Shown: positions 52,446 through 63,399 of the stretch, in pieces
Numbering within the stretch: the stretch's first letter is position 1
Layout of the letters: the number at the start of each line of letters is the position of its first letter
Origin: Utricularia gibba
Lineage: Eukaryota; Plantae; Magnoliophyta
Direction of reading: 5' to 3'
Assembly (NCBI GenBank): GCA_002189035.1
Contig: CM007991.1
Span: 4,774,001 to 4,838,000, forward strand
DNA: 64,000 nt
Notes under the pieces: generated by a model
Told to the model about the DNA's origin: nothing
Database searches by the model: none
Seen by the model: the letters and a program-made list of their open reading frames with translations, nothing else
Program-made: the position numbers and the translations under genes

Positions 52446-53428
52446 ATGACTTCTAAGACATACCTTCTGACGTGGTTATGTTGTTAAAAATATTTCCGAA
52501 ATTGGAATGCAAAGAACACTTCGTATTGATCAAACTGGTGCAAAAAAAAAAAAAAAACAGTGACCTGACACATGCGTTTTTGTAGTTGGCTTATCACCGA
52601 AGTTTAAGCACTCTACTCACACTACAACACAACTGAACAAGACTAATTCAATTTTAAAAAAAAACCGACACACAACAAACTCCACCAGATGCTCCTATAG
52701 CTCAAAATCTGCTAAGTAATCACAGTAGCAGCCTTAACCTTTTCCATGGGATTACTCTTGCCAGCTGTTGAAGTAAGTGGACTACTTCAAACAATATTCA
52801 ACAGAAATTTAGATCCAAGCATAAGGTCCAGCAAGTGATTGGGCATGTCCACATACATGAACATGTAAGGGATGAGTATGGATTAAGTGAATGAAAAGTT
52901 GATGTGAACAAGCACAAATAAAGCAAAAAAACGTGAACCATTTCAGATGATGATGAAAAAAGAGGATAGAGGTGGATTGAGGTTAACCACAAGGGATCAC
53001 TCTTGAGAGAAAGACTTGGGCTTGATCCATCTCCAAGAAGTTTGATCTCTTATCAAGCTCATCAGATGTAACGGTAGATTGTAGGAAGGTTACTGGTTTT
53101 TGTACCTCTTGTATTGATTAACTTAATGGTGGTGTGGTTTAAATCATGTACTTGTTGATTATTTTGTGTTGCTAGAGAAAAGTTGGTTTTTTTCTCGGTT
53201 CTCAAGTTTTCACTTACCAAAAATCTTGTGTTTTTTGTTTTTCGGTTTTCTTTCCACCAATAACTTGGGAGAATAAACAAGATAAAACTCATCCAACTAG
53301 AATCTGGTTTCTATAGAAATCCGAGGATGATTTCTTAACACCAGCTCCAACAATATCTAGATCGGAGGTGAGAGCAAGTGTAAGCACATAATTTTTGTAA
53401 TATTAAGATATCAATTTTTGTGTCTTTG

Positions 53429-53642
53429 TGGTCGAGACGCACAGTGCCTATAGTATCCATCGTTTACGTCTAGGACTACTGGGGTATCTAATTCCCCAAT
53501 ACAGTGCTTAGTGTTCTTTCCGATTTCTATGCATTTCACCGCTCCACCACATGTAAAGGGTTGAGCCCCGGGTTTGATGGCGGACTTAAAAAGCCACCTA
53601 CAAACGCCTTACACCAATCATTTCGGATAGCGCTTGCATTTC
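53429..53642 (-). pseudogene. rrn16: Plastid 16S rRNA fragment with internal deletions
   Basis: GTATCCATCGTTTACG.CTAGGACTACTGGGGTATCTAAT, GCATTTCACCGCTCCACC and GGCGGACTTAAAAAGCCACCTACA are reverse complements of plastid 16S segments. Confidence 0.9.
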
Positions 53643-53759
53643 TATTGCAACAGCTACCGCAGTTTTCTTGATCTGCCCCATTGGTCAAGTTTTTTTTCTG
53701 ATAGTATGCCTTTAGGAATTTCTGTTACTTTCAATTTTATGATTGTATTCCAAGTGAGC
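53643..53759 (+). pseudogene. psbA: psbA fragment 1
   Basis: [34 protein letters not shown] vs D1 [37 protein letters not shown]. Confidence 0.9.
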
Positions 53760-53775
53760 TGGTTACTTTGAGGGA

Positions 53776-55476
53776 TGGTCTACCTAAATTTAAGAAATGG
53801 ATTTAAAAAATTTTCATTATTATTTTTATTTAACTACAAAATATTATAAAGATTGATATAAAATATTTAATTTATACTATTAAATTTTCAAATATGTTAT
53901 GCTCATAAAACATGAATATGCAATCTTTTGGTTACAGAAGTAATAGGAAGAGTGAATGATGGTAATTATGCAAGTGCACAGAAACCGTCAAAGTAATAAA
54001 ATAAGATCGTATCCATAGGGAATTGTTATTGGAATATTCTTTTCAAAACAAAGAGTTAAAAAGATTGGAAACAAAAGAAAGATTGGTTTTTGAAGACAAC
54101 AAGAAAGTAGCCTTGGATCTAAAATCCACCTTACTTGAAACTCGCCTTTGCGTGTGTACAAACCTTGAAGACTGACCTGCTTGCGTAAGCTTTGGGGGAG
54201 TTATCCTAAAATAGTGCTACTCGGTGATCGTTACAGCACTGTCCCTTGTTTTGTAGGATTATGGAATCAACCACGCCACCAGAGCCATTTCACCTCTTGT
54301 GATAACCTATGTTTTCCCCACACTCAAATCTAACTCATACACCTCACACCTCGCAGACAGATTAGACAGAATGTGTCTTACCAACGATGTCCGATTGAGC
54401 CCTTCTCCTTAGGTGCTTGAGGCCAATCTTTGATTCTACCACACTCCCTTAGGATTATATGGTACTAATGATCACGTTGGTAAAGAAAACGTTGCAAAAA
54501 ACAGAATCAGACCTCAAATTAAATGCTGAAAAACATAGTAAGACAGTCACGCGCGCAGGACTTGCGCAAGCAAGGCTTCACAGCAGATCCTCAGCTGCTA
54601 GCGCTCACACGCGCATGCTTGACTCTAAACAACAAAAGTTGATGAAAAACGAAGGGAAAGGAATCAAAAGCATGCTATACTCGACTCTAAACCCTAGATT
54701 GACTCTCTGGTCGTCCACCACTTCGACTCCCTTAGGTCTTCGCGTTTGGATCTTTATATAATGGTGGGGATTTGCCGGGCTTTCTTGATGGGCTCGCATC
54801 AAATCTTCTATCCGAATCTTTGAAGATTTGATACAAATCTTCTAGGATGAGATACGAGTTTTCCAAGATAAGATGTGAATCTTATCTTATCCGAGAATCT
54901 TCGACCGAGTCTTCATCTCCGGATAGACCAAATCTTAGCCTCCATCAAAGTAGCTCGAAAATCCTCCAAATTATTCCAAATTCGTCCTGAAAAATCACAA
55001 AACATACTTTCCCTCCAAAAAGATCAAAGTGGTATGAAAGATATAAAATTCTTCTAAAAACATAAAGAAAGTAGGATAAAAAGAATGCAAAACTCATGTA
55101 AGAGAGTTCTAAAAACCACAAATATAAGTGACACAAAATCACTTATCAGTGAACAATCAATGACATATTATACATGTTCTAAAACTCAGTAGTTATACTA
55201 AATAAGTTAGTTATTAATTTGGATTTCAAATGATATGCACGTACCAAGAACATTTTCAAAAGAATGTTTATCGTCATTTTTATATTAAAACTATATCATT
55301 TTTCTAAATTCAATAATATTAGTTAAATATTCTATATCAATCTATAATATTTTTTATGTAGTTAAATTATAAAATAATGAAATTAATACCTATTTTTATG
55401 TAACTAAATGAATGATGACCAATTTGCAAAGAATTTTTTGAGGGTACCCATGTCTCAAATTTAGATGGAGAGAGAC
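53776..55476. mobile_element. AT-rich MITE-like foldback (~510 bp net) with long imperfect TIRs, split by a solo LTR
   Basis: 53784-53893 matches the reverse complement of 55302-55465 (CTAAATTT.AGA.ATGG; TTTCATTATT..ATTTAACTACA..AATATTATA..GATTGATATA.AATATTTAA); right end TTTAGATGGAGAGAG is Stowaway-like. Confidence 0.55.
53957..55148 (-). mobile_element. Family-A gypsy solo LTR (1192 bp)
   Basis: TGAT..ATCA ends; perfect TSD GTGAA at 53952-53956 and 55149-55153. Confidence 0.93.
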
Positions 55477-55495
55477 GGGGCATATTTCAAATATT

Positions 55496-55732
55496 CACCC
55501 ATTTCACGTGTTGGGTGTAGCTGGTGGATTCGGCGGCTCCCTATTTAGTGCTATTCATAATTCGGTAAGTTCAAGTTTGATCAGTGAAACCACACCAAAT
55601 GAATCTGCTAGTGAAGATTACAAATTTGGTCAAGAGGAAGAAACTTATAAATATTGTAGGCGCTCACGGTTATTTTGGCCGATTGATCTTCCAGTGAGTT
55701 TCAACAATTTTCATTCGTTAAATTTCTTCTTA
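55496..55732 (+). pseudogene. psbA: psbA fragment 2
   Basis: HPFHVLGVAGGFGGSLFSAIH..SSLISETTPNESASEDYKFGQEEETY..AHGYFGRLIFQ..SFNN. Confidence 0.95.
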
Positions 55733-56644
55733 CATTTTGCTCTCTACTTAAAACTTCGAATCTGCCAAATCCAAAAAAAGGAAAATGCTCAATGAATTTC
55801 TTTATGTGAAAAATATTACTTGATATTCATAGGCAAAGGCATAGGTTTTGTTTCTCTCAACTGAACCAAGTGTGATGGGATGGAATGCTAGACGTTTGGT
55901 TATTTCTCCCCCAGCCACAATGAAACACCCCATGGATGCGACCAATCCCATAGATACAATCATTTAATAAGAACAAGATATACTAGTGTTTGATGTTAAA
56001 AGGTGATGAGTTAGTTCTTGTAAATCTGGTGAAACCAACCGAAACTGCTGAATTGGGATTGGAAGTCTACGGTGACAAAAGAAAAAAATGAAAACCCAAG
56101 ACTTATAACTATTCAAGCCCATCACTTGATGTTGTCACAGAAACCAACCACAGAACAAGTGAGAAATACTCAAAAGTTACAGAACGGCTAGTTTAATATT
56201 TCAGTCTATAAATGTTGTAATAGCAAACACAATGATGTATGAAAAACCTTTCCGTCTAGAGCAGCTCAAAGTCTCAGCACTTGACGTACAAAAAACAAAA
56301 CCTCTAGTTTGGAGGTGTTGAAATCAGGCTCAAGTTCAGGAGCTACACGCTTGATTCCTTTCATTTGGAAGATGTGGATGAACAATACATAGAATCAAAA
56401 TGAATTACTGTAAGAACAAGGAATAAATCTGGAAGTGTTCCTCCTGATCCCGTATGGAATGAATCTTTATATAAAAGCCATGCAAAAGATCCCCATTACT
56501 CTTCAACTCTTTAATATTGTCACACAATTAATCTCAATGAAATTCTATAAATACCCATTACTCTATGTTTCTTTTACTTATCTAATACATCTGTTTACAC
56601 TTGAAGAGACCTGTTTACGCTCGGCATGACCCATGTTTACACTC

Positions 56645-56735
56645 AGAGATATCTTTCTCGACCAATCCCATTCTTGGACAACTAGAAATGATCCTTTTCA
56701 AGTTAGAATTTGTTCATTTGGAATCTGGGTTCTTT
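56645..56735 (+). other. Plastid inverted-repeat-like fragment; its upstream part seems to lie at 55958-55980
   Basis: GAGATATCTTTCTCGACCAATCCC..GATCCTTTTCAAGTTAGAATTTGTTCATTTGGAATCTGGGTTC; related to 42195-42256; plastid origin is from memory. Confidence 0.55.
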
Positions 56736-57085
56736 TATATTTTTATATAATATTAATTTTTTCCCATATTTTTTGTTTTATATAATCCCTTCAATCCACG
56801 TGTGATTTTTAGAATTTTTCCACTGAACGAAGGGTATTAAATCCATCAAATTTATTTTTCGATGAAAAGTCCTCTATTTTTTTCGTCGGTTTTTTCCTCT
56901 TCCTCTAATAAAAGGTAATTACCCATAAATAGTCCCAGCCACCACTTTCAACATCCAAGCATTTGGTGCACCCTCGTACGTGTTCGACCAGTCAAAGCTG
57001 ACCGAGTTGGGATGTTTGAGACACGTTTCGAGACTATCCACTGAACGTGTCAATAAGGCGTTTTGTTGAACGAGCTTTTGCTAAG

Positions 57086-58415
57086 CTAGAAGATAATCTT
57101 AGAATATTGAAATAAGACCAAGTAATAAAGTCTACACAGCCGTTGGAAGTGGGCAACTCAATCAGCCCTGGTTTCGTGGGTTAGTTAGGCTGTTGAGATC
57201 TGAAACTTGGTTTCATTACATGATCTCATTAGATTCTGTTTTCATGTGAAGTTTGTTATTTTTGAATCTATAAAAGCTGATGTCCACAGCTTGAGTTTGT
57301 ATCTCCTCCATTGCAATAAATTTTATTCTTCATTCATTTACTCTTCCAATCCAAAATCCTCATTTTGTTGCTGTTTTTCATTGCACCATTTTCTGTGAGA
57401 GTTCATCCTATTTTTTTATCTATTAAGTGGTATCACATACTGAGGTCCACCGTCCCTGCACCCTATAGATGGGTGACCATTCAGGGAATGACCCTGAGCG
57501 TGCTTCTGAGAACATAGACGCATATGTGCGCTCTCACTGGTACTACACATGGACACCATTGAAGTACTCACACCAGAGAAGAAGAGGGCTGCCGGTATCA
57601 TGCTCGGCACCATGTGTGCAGTCATGACGGCTAACTGCAGCCTCACCAACAACGACTTCATCCCCGTTGAGAAGAACCCTACGGTGATCTCAATGAGGCA
57701 GAATCCAGTTATGTTCTGGAAAACCTTCACATAATCTCTCAACACATGATATTTGACCCAAATGTGCTTAGTTTTCCCCAACATAACTGGATTCTGCCTC
57801 ATTGAGATCACCGTAGGGTTCTTCTCACCGGGGATGAAGTCGTTGTAGGTGAGGCCGTACTTAGCCGTCATGACTGCACGCATGGTGCCAAGCACGATAC
57901 CGGCAGCCCTCTTCTTCTCTGGTGTGAGTCCTTCAATGGTGTCCATGTTCAGGTAGTACTAGTGAGAGCGCACATATGCATCGATGTTCTCACAAGCACG
58001 CTCAGGGGTCATTCCGTGAATGGTCATCTATCTATAGGGTGCAGGGATGGTGGACCTCAGCATGTGATACCACTTGATAGATAAAAAATTAGGATGAACT
58101 CTCACAGAAAATCGTGCAAGGAAAAACAGCAACAAAAATAAGGGATTTGGGTTGGAATCGTAAATGAATGAAGAGCAAAATTTATTGCAATGGAGAAAAT
58201 ACAAACATAAGTTATGAACATCAGCTTTTATAGAATCAAAAGTAACAAACTTCACATGAAAACAGGATCTAATGATACCATGTAATGAGACCAAGTTTTA
58301 GATCTCACTAGCCTAACAAACCCGCGAAACCAGGGCTGATTGAGTTGCTCACTTTCAACGGCTGTGTAGCCTTTATTACTTGGTCTTATTTCAATATTTC
58401 AAGATTATCTTCTAG
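57086..58415. repeat. Long inverted repeat (foldback): arms 57086-57724 and 57771-58415, 46-nt loop
   Basis: Arms are reverse complements at about 90% identity; each holds an LTR-like end with TCTATAAAAG-type TATA, TGGTATCA, a coding fragment and a copia RNase H piece. Confidence 0.97.
57740..58072 (-). pseudogene. Unidentified coding fragment fused to copia RNase H (mirror copy at 57428-57724, plus strand)
   Basis: Two-arm consensus WYHMLRSTIPAPYRWMTIHGMTPERACENIDAYVRSHWYYLNMDTIEGLTPEKKRAAGIVLGTMRAVMTAKYGLTYNDFIPGE, then KNPTVISMRQNPVMLGKTKHIWVKYHVLRDYV (RNase H-like). Confidence 0.65.
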
Positions 58416-58639
58416 AGTAATGGTTATATATTCAACGTTCGTTGAATATATGAAACTCCTTATTGACGCGTGAGGTGGAGGGGTGGTTTCAACTCCTATG
58501 GGTCACAAGTGGAGTTGACAGTGCGCACTTTGCGCTAGTTTGAACTACTCCTTCTCGGGCGATGATGCCGAGATGCTCGAGAGGATGAGTCTTGGAGGCT
58601 CGGAGGCTCGGACAGATGTCTCCTTGTGACCCAACTTCA

Positions 58640-59200
58640 AACCGAAGTAGACCCCCACTTAATGCTATCGATGCACAACTCTATTAGTTGTGCATCAGAC
58701 TATTGGGTAATCTTGCCTAGGGATCCGAGAGTTCTACAACTCTCTTCACCCGGTAGCATTCATAACTTTTTCTTTTTCATGGGATTTATTTCTCTTCTGA
58801 TGACTTGCATATTTCTTAATATAAGTGCGTTCTTGTGTGTGGATGTTGAGTTGTTGAAATGCAACAGCAGTCAGGGCAATAATAGCTAGACTTCTTGTGT
58901 GTGGATGTTCATCCTTGCAACCTAGGAGTAAGTTAATAGCTCGGTGTAATGATCAGGATAATTTTGCGTACTGTTGGGGAATTACCTTATAAGGATGTGA
59001 CACTCTTCCATGATGCACGAAATGCATGACTTTTTCTCTTGATCATTTTCACGAGATAGCAATATGTTCAATATAGTCATATTAGTGCATTCAAGATTTC
59101 TTTTATGTAAGATGGCATGCGTTGTTCTTTCATGAGACACTGGTTGTCAAGAAAATAGAGGATCATAAGGTTTTATCGTGTATTCATGTGTTTTTCTGAT
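58640..59200 (-). mobile_element. Possible Athila-type 3' non-coding remnant
   Basis: Minus TTAAGTGGGGG PPT-like motif at ~58650-58662; otherwise unassigned. Confidence 0.3.
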
Positions 59201-59209
59201 TTGCGACAT

Positions 59210-59712
59210 CAGCCAATAAAAAATGGAATATGAAATATAATTTCTAATACCACATCAGCCAATATTTCAAAACTTACTGCTATTTCTGTAGAACTATATA
59301 AACCAATACGCAAAACTCTCATTAAAAGAAAAATAGAAGACCCTATTACACAATCAACTTTATACCTAATTAAAGCATTTTTTCCTACTCGTATAAACAC
59401 ACGAGAATTAATTCTAACTCCCACATGAGAAAATAAAGAAATGAAATAATTGAGAATCGCAGAGTTATCATCCGTGCATATAAATTAGCCAAAGTAGTGA
59501 TGAATCCTGCCTTAGGCACAGTCCATCTATTCTCAATCCAAACAGTGGATCCAATTGTAATCAAGAACTAGTGGATAATCCGATTGGAAATGATAAGAAA
59601 ATGCACAAGTCATAACTCTAAGATATATATGGATATAGTACATAACACATTACTCTATTTTCTATATGTGAAACAAACCCACAATTATTGTTAAGCATGG
59701 AAAATTATGCAT
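59210..59712 (-). pseudogene. ndhD: ndhD 5' half, plastid-derived, with many deletions
   Basis: ATG CAT AAT TTT CCA TGC TTA ACA ATA ATT; TATCATTTCCAATCGG; GAATAGATGGACT; ATGTGGGAGTTAGAATTAATT; GSSIFLLMRVLRIGLYSS..LEIIFHI. Confidence 0.88.
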
Positions 59713-59869
59713 GATATATTTGGTTCAAAAAACTCAGAGTTTTGTCGTAAAAAAAAATGAAATGGATTCAATTAAAAAATTTTAAACCGTAGTAATAAAG
59801 TAGAATCATTTTATGAGTTGTTTCCTACCATACATAAACTTGACCACTCAAGAGATCCATTAGAAAGAT

Positions 59870-59967
59870 AGATTCACATCACTTACAATATCAACACAAT
59901 CTTCCGCCCTTGGAGCCGAAGCAATTTGGTTAGTCTTATACGCATATCATACTTTACTCAAGGGACA
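59870..59967 (-). pseudogene. psaC: psaC fragment
   Basis: Minus CAAATTGCTTCGGCTCCAAGGGCGGAAGATTGTGTTG..TGTAAGTGATGTGAATCT encodes QIASAPRAEDCV.CK.CES. Confidence 0.85.
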
Positions 59968-60752
59968 TTAAATATATACCTCATAAAATTTCGGTCTAGT
60001 AAAAAGATTTCAATACCATTGGGATACCTCTACTTAATGTAATTTTTTTTTTTAGTAATGAGGCCCAAAATACTTATGTTGTTATGCTTTTACATGTAAT
60101 ACCATATCGTTATTAGCCCACTATATTCTTAAATAAATAAATTTAATATATGCAATTTATTTACTCAACAACATGAATTGGTTAATGCGAGTGGATTTTA
60201 TATAACCATAAATTGATCAAACAAATAGAAAATAGGTACTTAAAACAAGTATTTCTTAAATTACATCCAAGAGAATATATTTGGAATTGATCAATCTAAA
60301 CTGAAACCTAAGTTTTTATAGTGAATTTTCAATAGGAATTCCAATGTAAGTATTATTGTTTCCTTTATTTTATTATTTTTATTTAAATTACATATTTTTA
60401 AAATTTATTATTGACGTTGTATGACAATTGAAACTATTATTTTCAATTGGAATTACAATGTAATTAATATTTGTAGTATTATGAATCATTCATGAATATC
60501 ACATGAAAATGATTAAAATATTTATAGTCCTTAAATAATTACGTACTTGCAAGACAGCTACAAATTATGAGTTCCATAGTATATATATACATATAACTAA
60601 TCCCAATTCAAAAGCCAAATAAATTGTATTCGAAATTCTAAAATTTTGACCGGATCCACGTAAATTCATTCTTTAGAAAAAAGAGAATTAATAGTATTTT
60701 TATGGTAATGTATAAATGAGCATTTAATCTAAATCTCTCTCTTATTTACACT

Positions 60753-61834
60753 TGATGGTGATTTTGCAAGTGAATAGAAACCGTCGAAGTAATAAAATAA
60801 GATCGTATCCACAGGGAATTGTTATTGGAATTTTTTTTTCAAAAAAAGACTGAAAAAAGAACAAAAAAAAAGAAAGATTTGGTTTTAAAAACAATAAGAA
60901 AATTGGCTTAAGATCCAGAATTCACCTTGCTTAAAACTCGCCCAAACTTGTGTGTGTAAACCTTGAAGACTGACCTGCATGCGCAAGCTTTGAGAGTGTT
61001 ATGTTAAGATAGTGCTACTCGATGACCGTTATAGCATCATCCCTTGTTTTGTGGGATTATGGAATCAACCACGCCACCAGAGCCATTTCACCTCTTATGA
61101 TAACCCATGTTTACCCCACACCCAAATCTAACCCCTACACCTCACACCTCGCAGACATATTAGACAGAATGTACCTTATCAATGATGTCCGATTGAGCCC
61201 TTCTCCTTAGATGCTTGAAGCCAACCTTTGATTCTCCCACACTCCCTTCGGGTTATATGATATTAGACAGAATGTACCTTATGCGCAGAACTTGCATAAG
61301 CAAGGCTTCACCACAGATCTTCAGCCGCAAGCACCTACACACTCAGACTCGACTCAAACATGGAAATAGACACGAAAATAGGAAAGATTCAAAGTAAAAT
61401 TGGTCAAAGACATTTCTAATGATTGAGAGGGTGGGGTATTTATAGGAAAATAGATCCAAGTCTTTGTATTGAGCTTATTAGATGGGCTTGGATAAGATAT
61501 TCTATCCAAATCTTTTATCCAAATCTTTAAAGATCTTCTTCACATATCTATCTTATCCACGAATCTTGGATCAAATCTTCATCGTTTGACCGACTCTTGG
61601 GCTGGGATTCGCGGCCCATCAAGTCCATAATTTGGTGGATCTTGTTTCTTCTCAAATTGATCCAAAAATACCCTAAAAATCCATAAAATACATTTTATCT
61701 CCAAAAAAATCAAAGTAGTGTAAAAGATGAAAAATCAATTGAGAATAATGAGAAAGTGGGGTCTAAGATAAGTAAAAACAATACTCAATAGTAATGGAAG
61801 AACATGCTTTGGAACGACACAAAATCAATTATCA
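60753..61834 (-). mobile_element. Family-A gypsy solo LTR (1082 bp)
   Basis: Homologous to 53957-55148; perfect TSD ACACT at 60748-60752 and 61835-61839. Confidence 0.93.
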
Positions 61835-62359
61835 ACACTAAAATTAAATATGTTTTAATTTTGAAAGAAATAATAATTAAATTTAATAAAAAGAATATTT
61901 CAGTAAAAATAACATTGAAAAATAAAAAACTTTACTTTTAATTTTAAGCTTTATTTAATATAAATTTAATAATATTTCTACTATAACATATTCTATTTTT
62001 AAAAAATAAAATATATTTTAGAACTTTTCCAGAATATTTCTTATGACTGAAAAAAATAATTAGCAATGGAAAAAAGTAAAAATTAAAATAAATTGTTTGA
62101 TATATGTATCACATAATATTGATTATCTACGAATAAGTTTATTTACTTGATATTTCTAGATATTATAAAAATGCAATATTGATTTGTTACTAACAGACCC
62201 TATTTTTTGCATCTATCATTGCAAATTGATATCCCATGCTCAATAAGCTTGAGAGATCTAGTTCTTTAGACCTCCAAAGAGGAGCTAATAAGTCAGTACG
62301 GGAGAGTAAGGTAAAATACAAACAACAAATAAAAGTAAGGTAAATAACAAATAAGGACG

Positions 62360-62990
62360 TCAGAGAAGCATCGCAAATGCACATTCTAGTGCTTGATATT
62401 TTAAATTTTTTATAAAAAAATGTAAGCATTGAAATGCCACATTTGAAATATATAATGAAATCTGTGCAATCCCACATTGGAGAGAATAGGGTTCTGCAGT
62501 TAAGTGCAATCTGTGCAATCCTAGCTTATATATATATATATATATATTAATAAATGTATATTTGCAGTACTTGTGATATTTTTAATGTTTTATATAAAAA
62601 AAGTAAGTACCTAAATGCACATTTGTGGTGCTTATAATTTTTTTATAAATGGTGAAGCACTGCCAACACACATTTGCAATCCTTGTGATATTACTAAATT
62701 GAGAGAATCGCGCCGTGCTACTTATTTTTTTTAAATAATTATTTCTTTTATAAATGAGCATCGAAAATACAAATTTGTACTATTTGTTAAATTTTTATTT
62801 TTTTTAGAGAAAAATATTACCACCCCAATGCATATTTGCAGTACTTGCAATACTTTTTTATAAATGGGGCTCGCAATTTTTTAAAAGAAAATGGGAAAAG
62901 CATCGCCAATGCACATTTATTGTGATAATTTTAATTTTAGAGAATGGGTCGCCAGTTTAGTGCAATCCACGGCCCCAATTTATTTTTTTT
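62360..62990. repeat. Degenerate motif array AAGCATCG.AAATGCACATTTG with TTTTTTATAAA spacers
   Basis: Variants near 62366, 62423, 62552, 62603, 62655, 62755, 62826 and 62898. Confidence 0.65.
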
Positions 62991-63399
62991 AAATTTTTTT
63001 TCATTTTTAAATTACCATGTTGCTTTAAAAGAAAAAACATTTGAAAAACCTTCAATGAAGTCTTTGAAGTTTCCCATTTAATTACAAGGAAAAAGAATGA
63101 ATACAATTGTTTGGATTTGATCATTCCATTCGCCAACATGGTGCATTAGGGGCCAATGAATTACTAATTTTAGAAAATGAGATCATGCGGTTTAATGCAA
63201 TCTGTACTAACCTTTTTTTATTAAAAATAGTTTTTAAAAATAAATGAACACGTTGATTTATAAAAAAAACATTTGAAAGATCTATAATGAAATCTTTCAA
63301 CTTTATATTTAATTATTAGAGAAAACAATAAGCATATCGAATTTTTTATTTGAGTAGTGAGTTGGCTTTTGAAGGAACTATAGAAGCAAATGAAGATCG

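Noticed and set aside
57850-57875. IMPDH assignment from GLTYNDF
   Set aside because: Only seven residues match; the upstream 70 aa do not resemble IMPDH as I recall it.
57086-58415. Palindromic assembly or read artefact
   Set aside because: Arms differ by about 10% with indels, and a stop or frameshift in one arm is open in the other. An artefact would be near-identical.
58670-58696. 11-bp hairpin GATGCACAACT..AGTTGTGCATC as a miRNA or terminator
   Set aside because: Too short for a pre-miRNA, and it lies in probable retroelement non-coding DNA.
53957-61834. One LTR element bounded by the two family-A LTRs
   Set aside because: Each LTR has its own matching TSD and the DNA between them has no PBS, PPT or gypsy coding sequence of that family.
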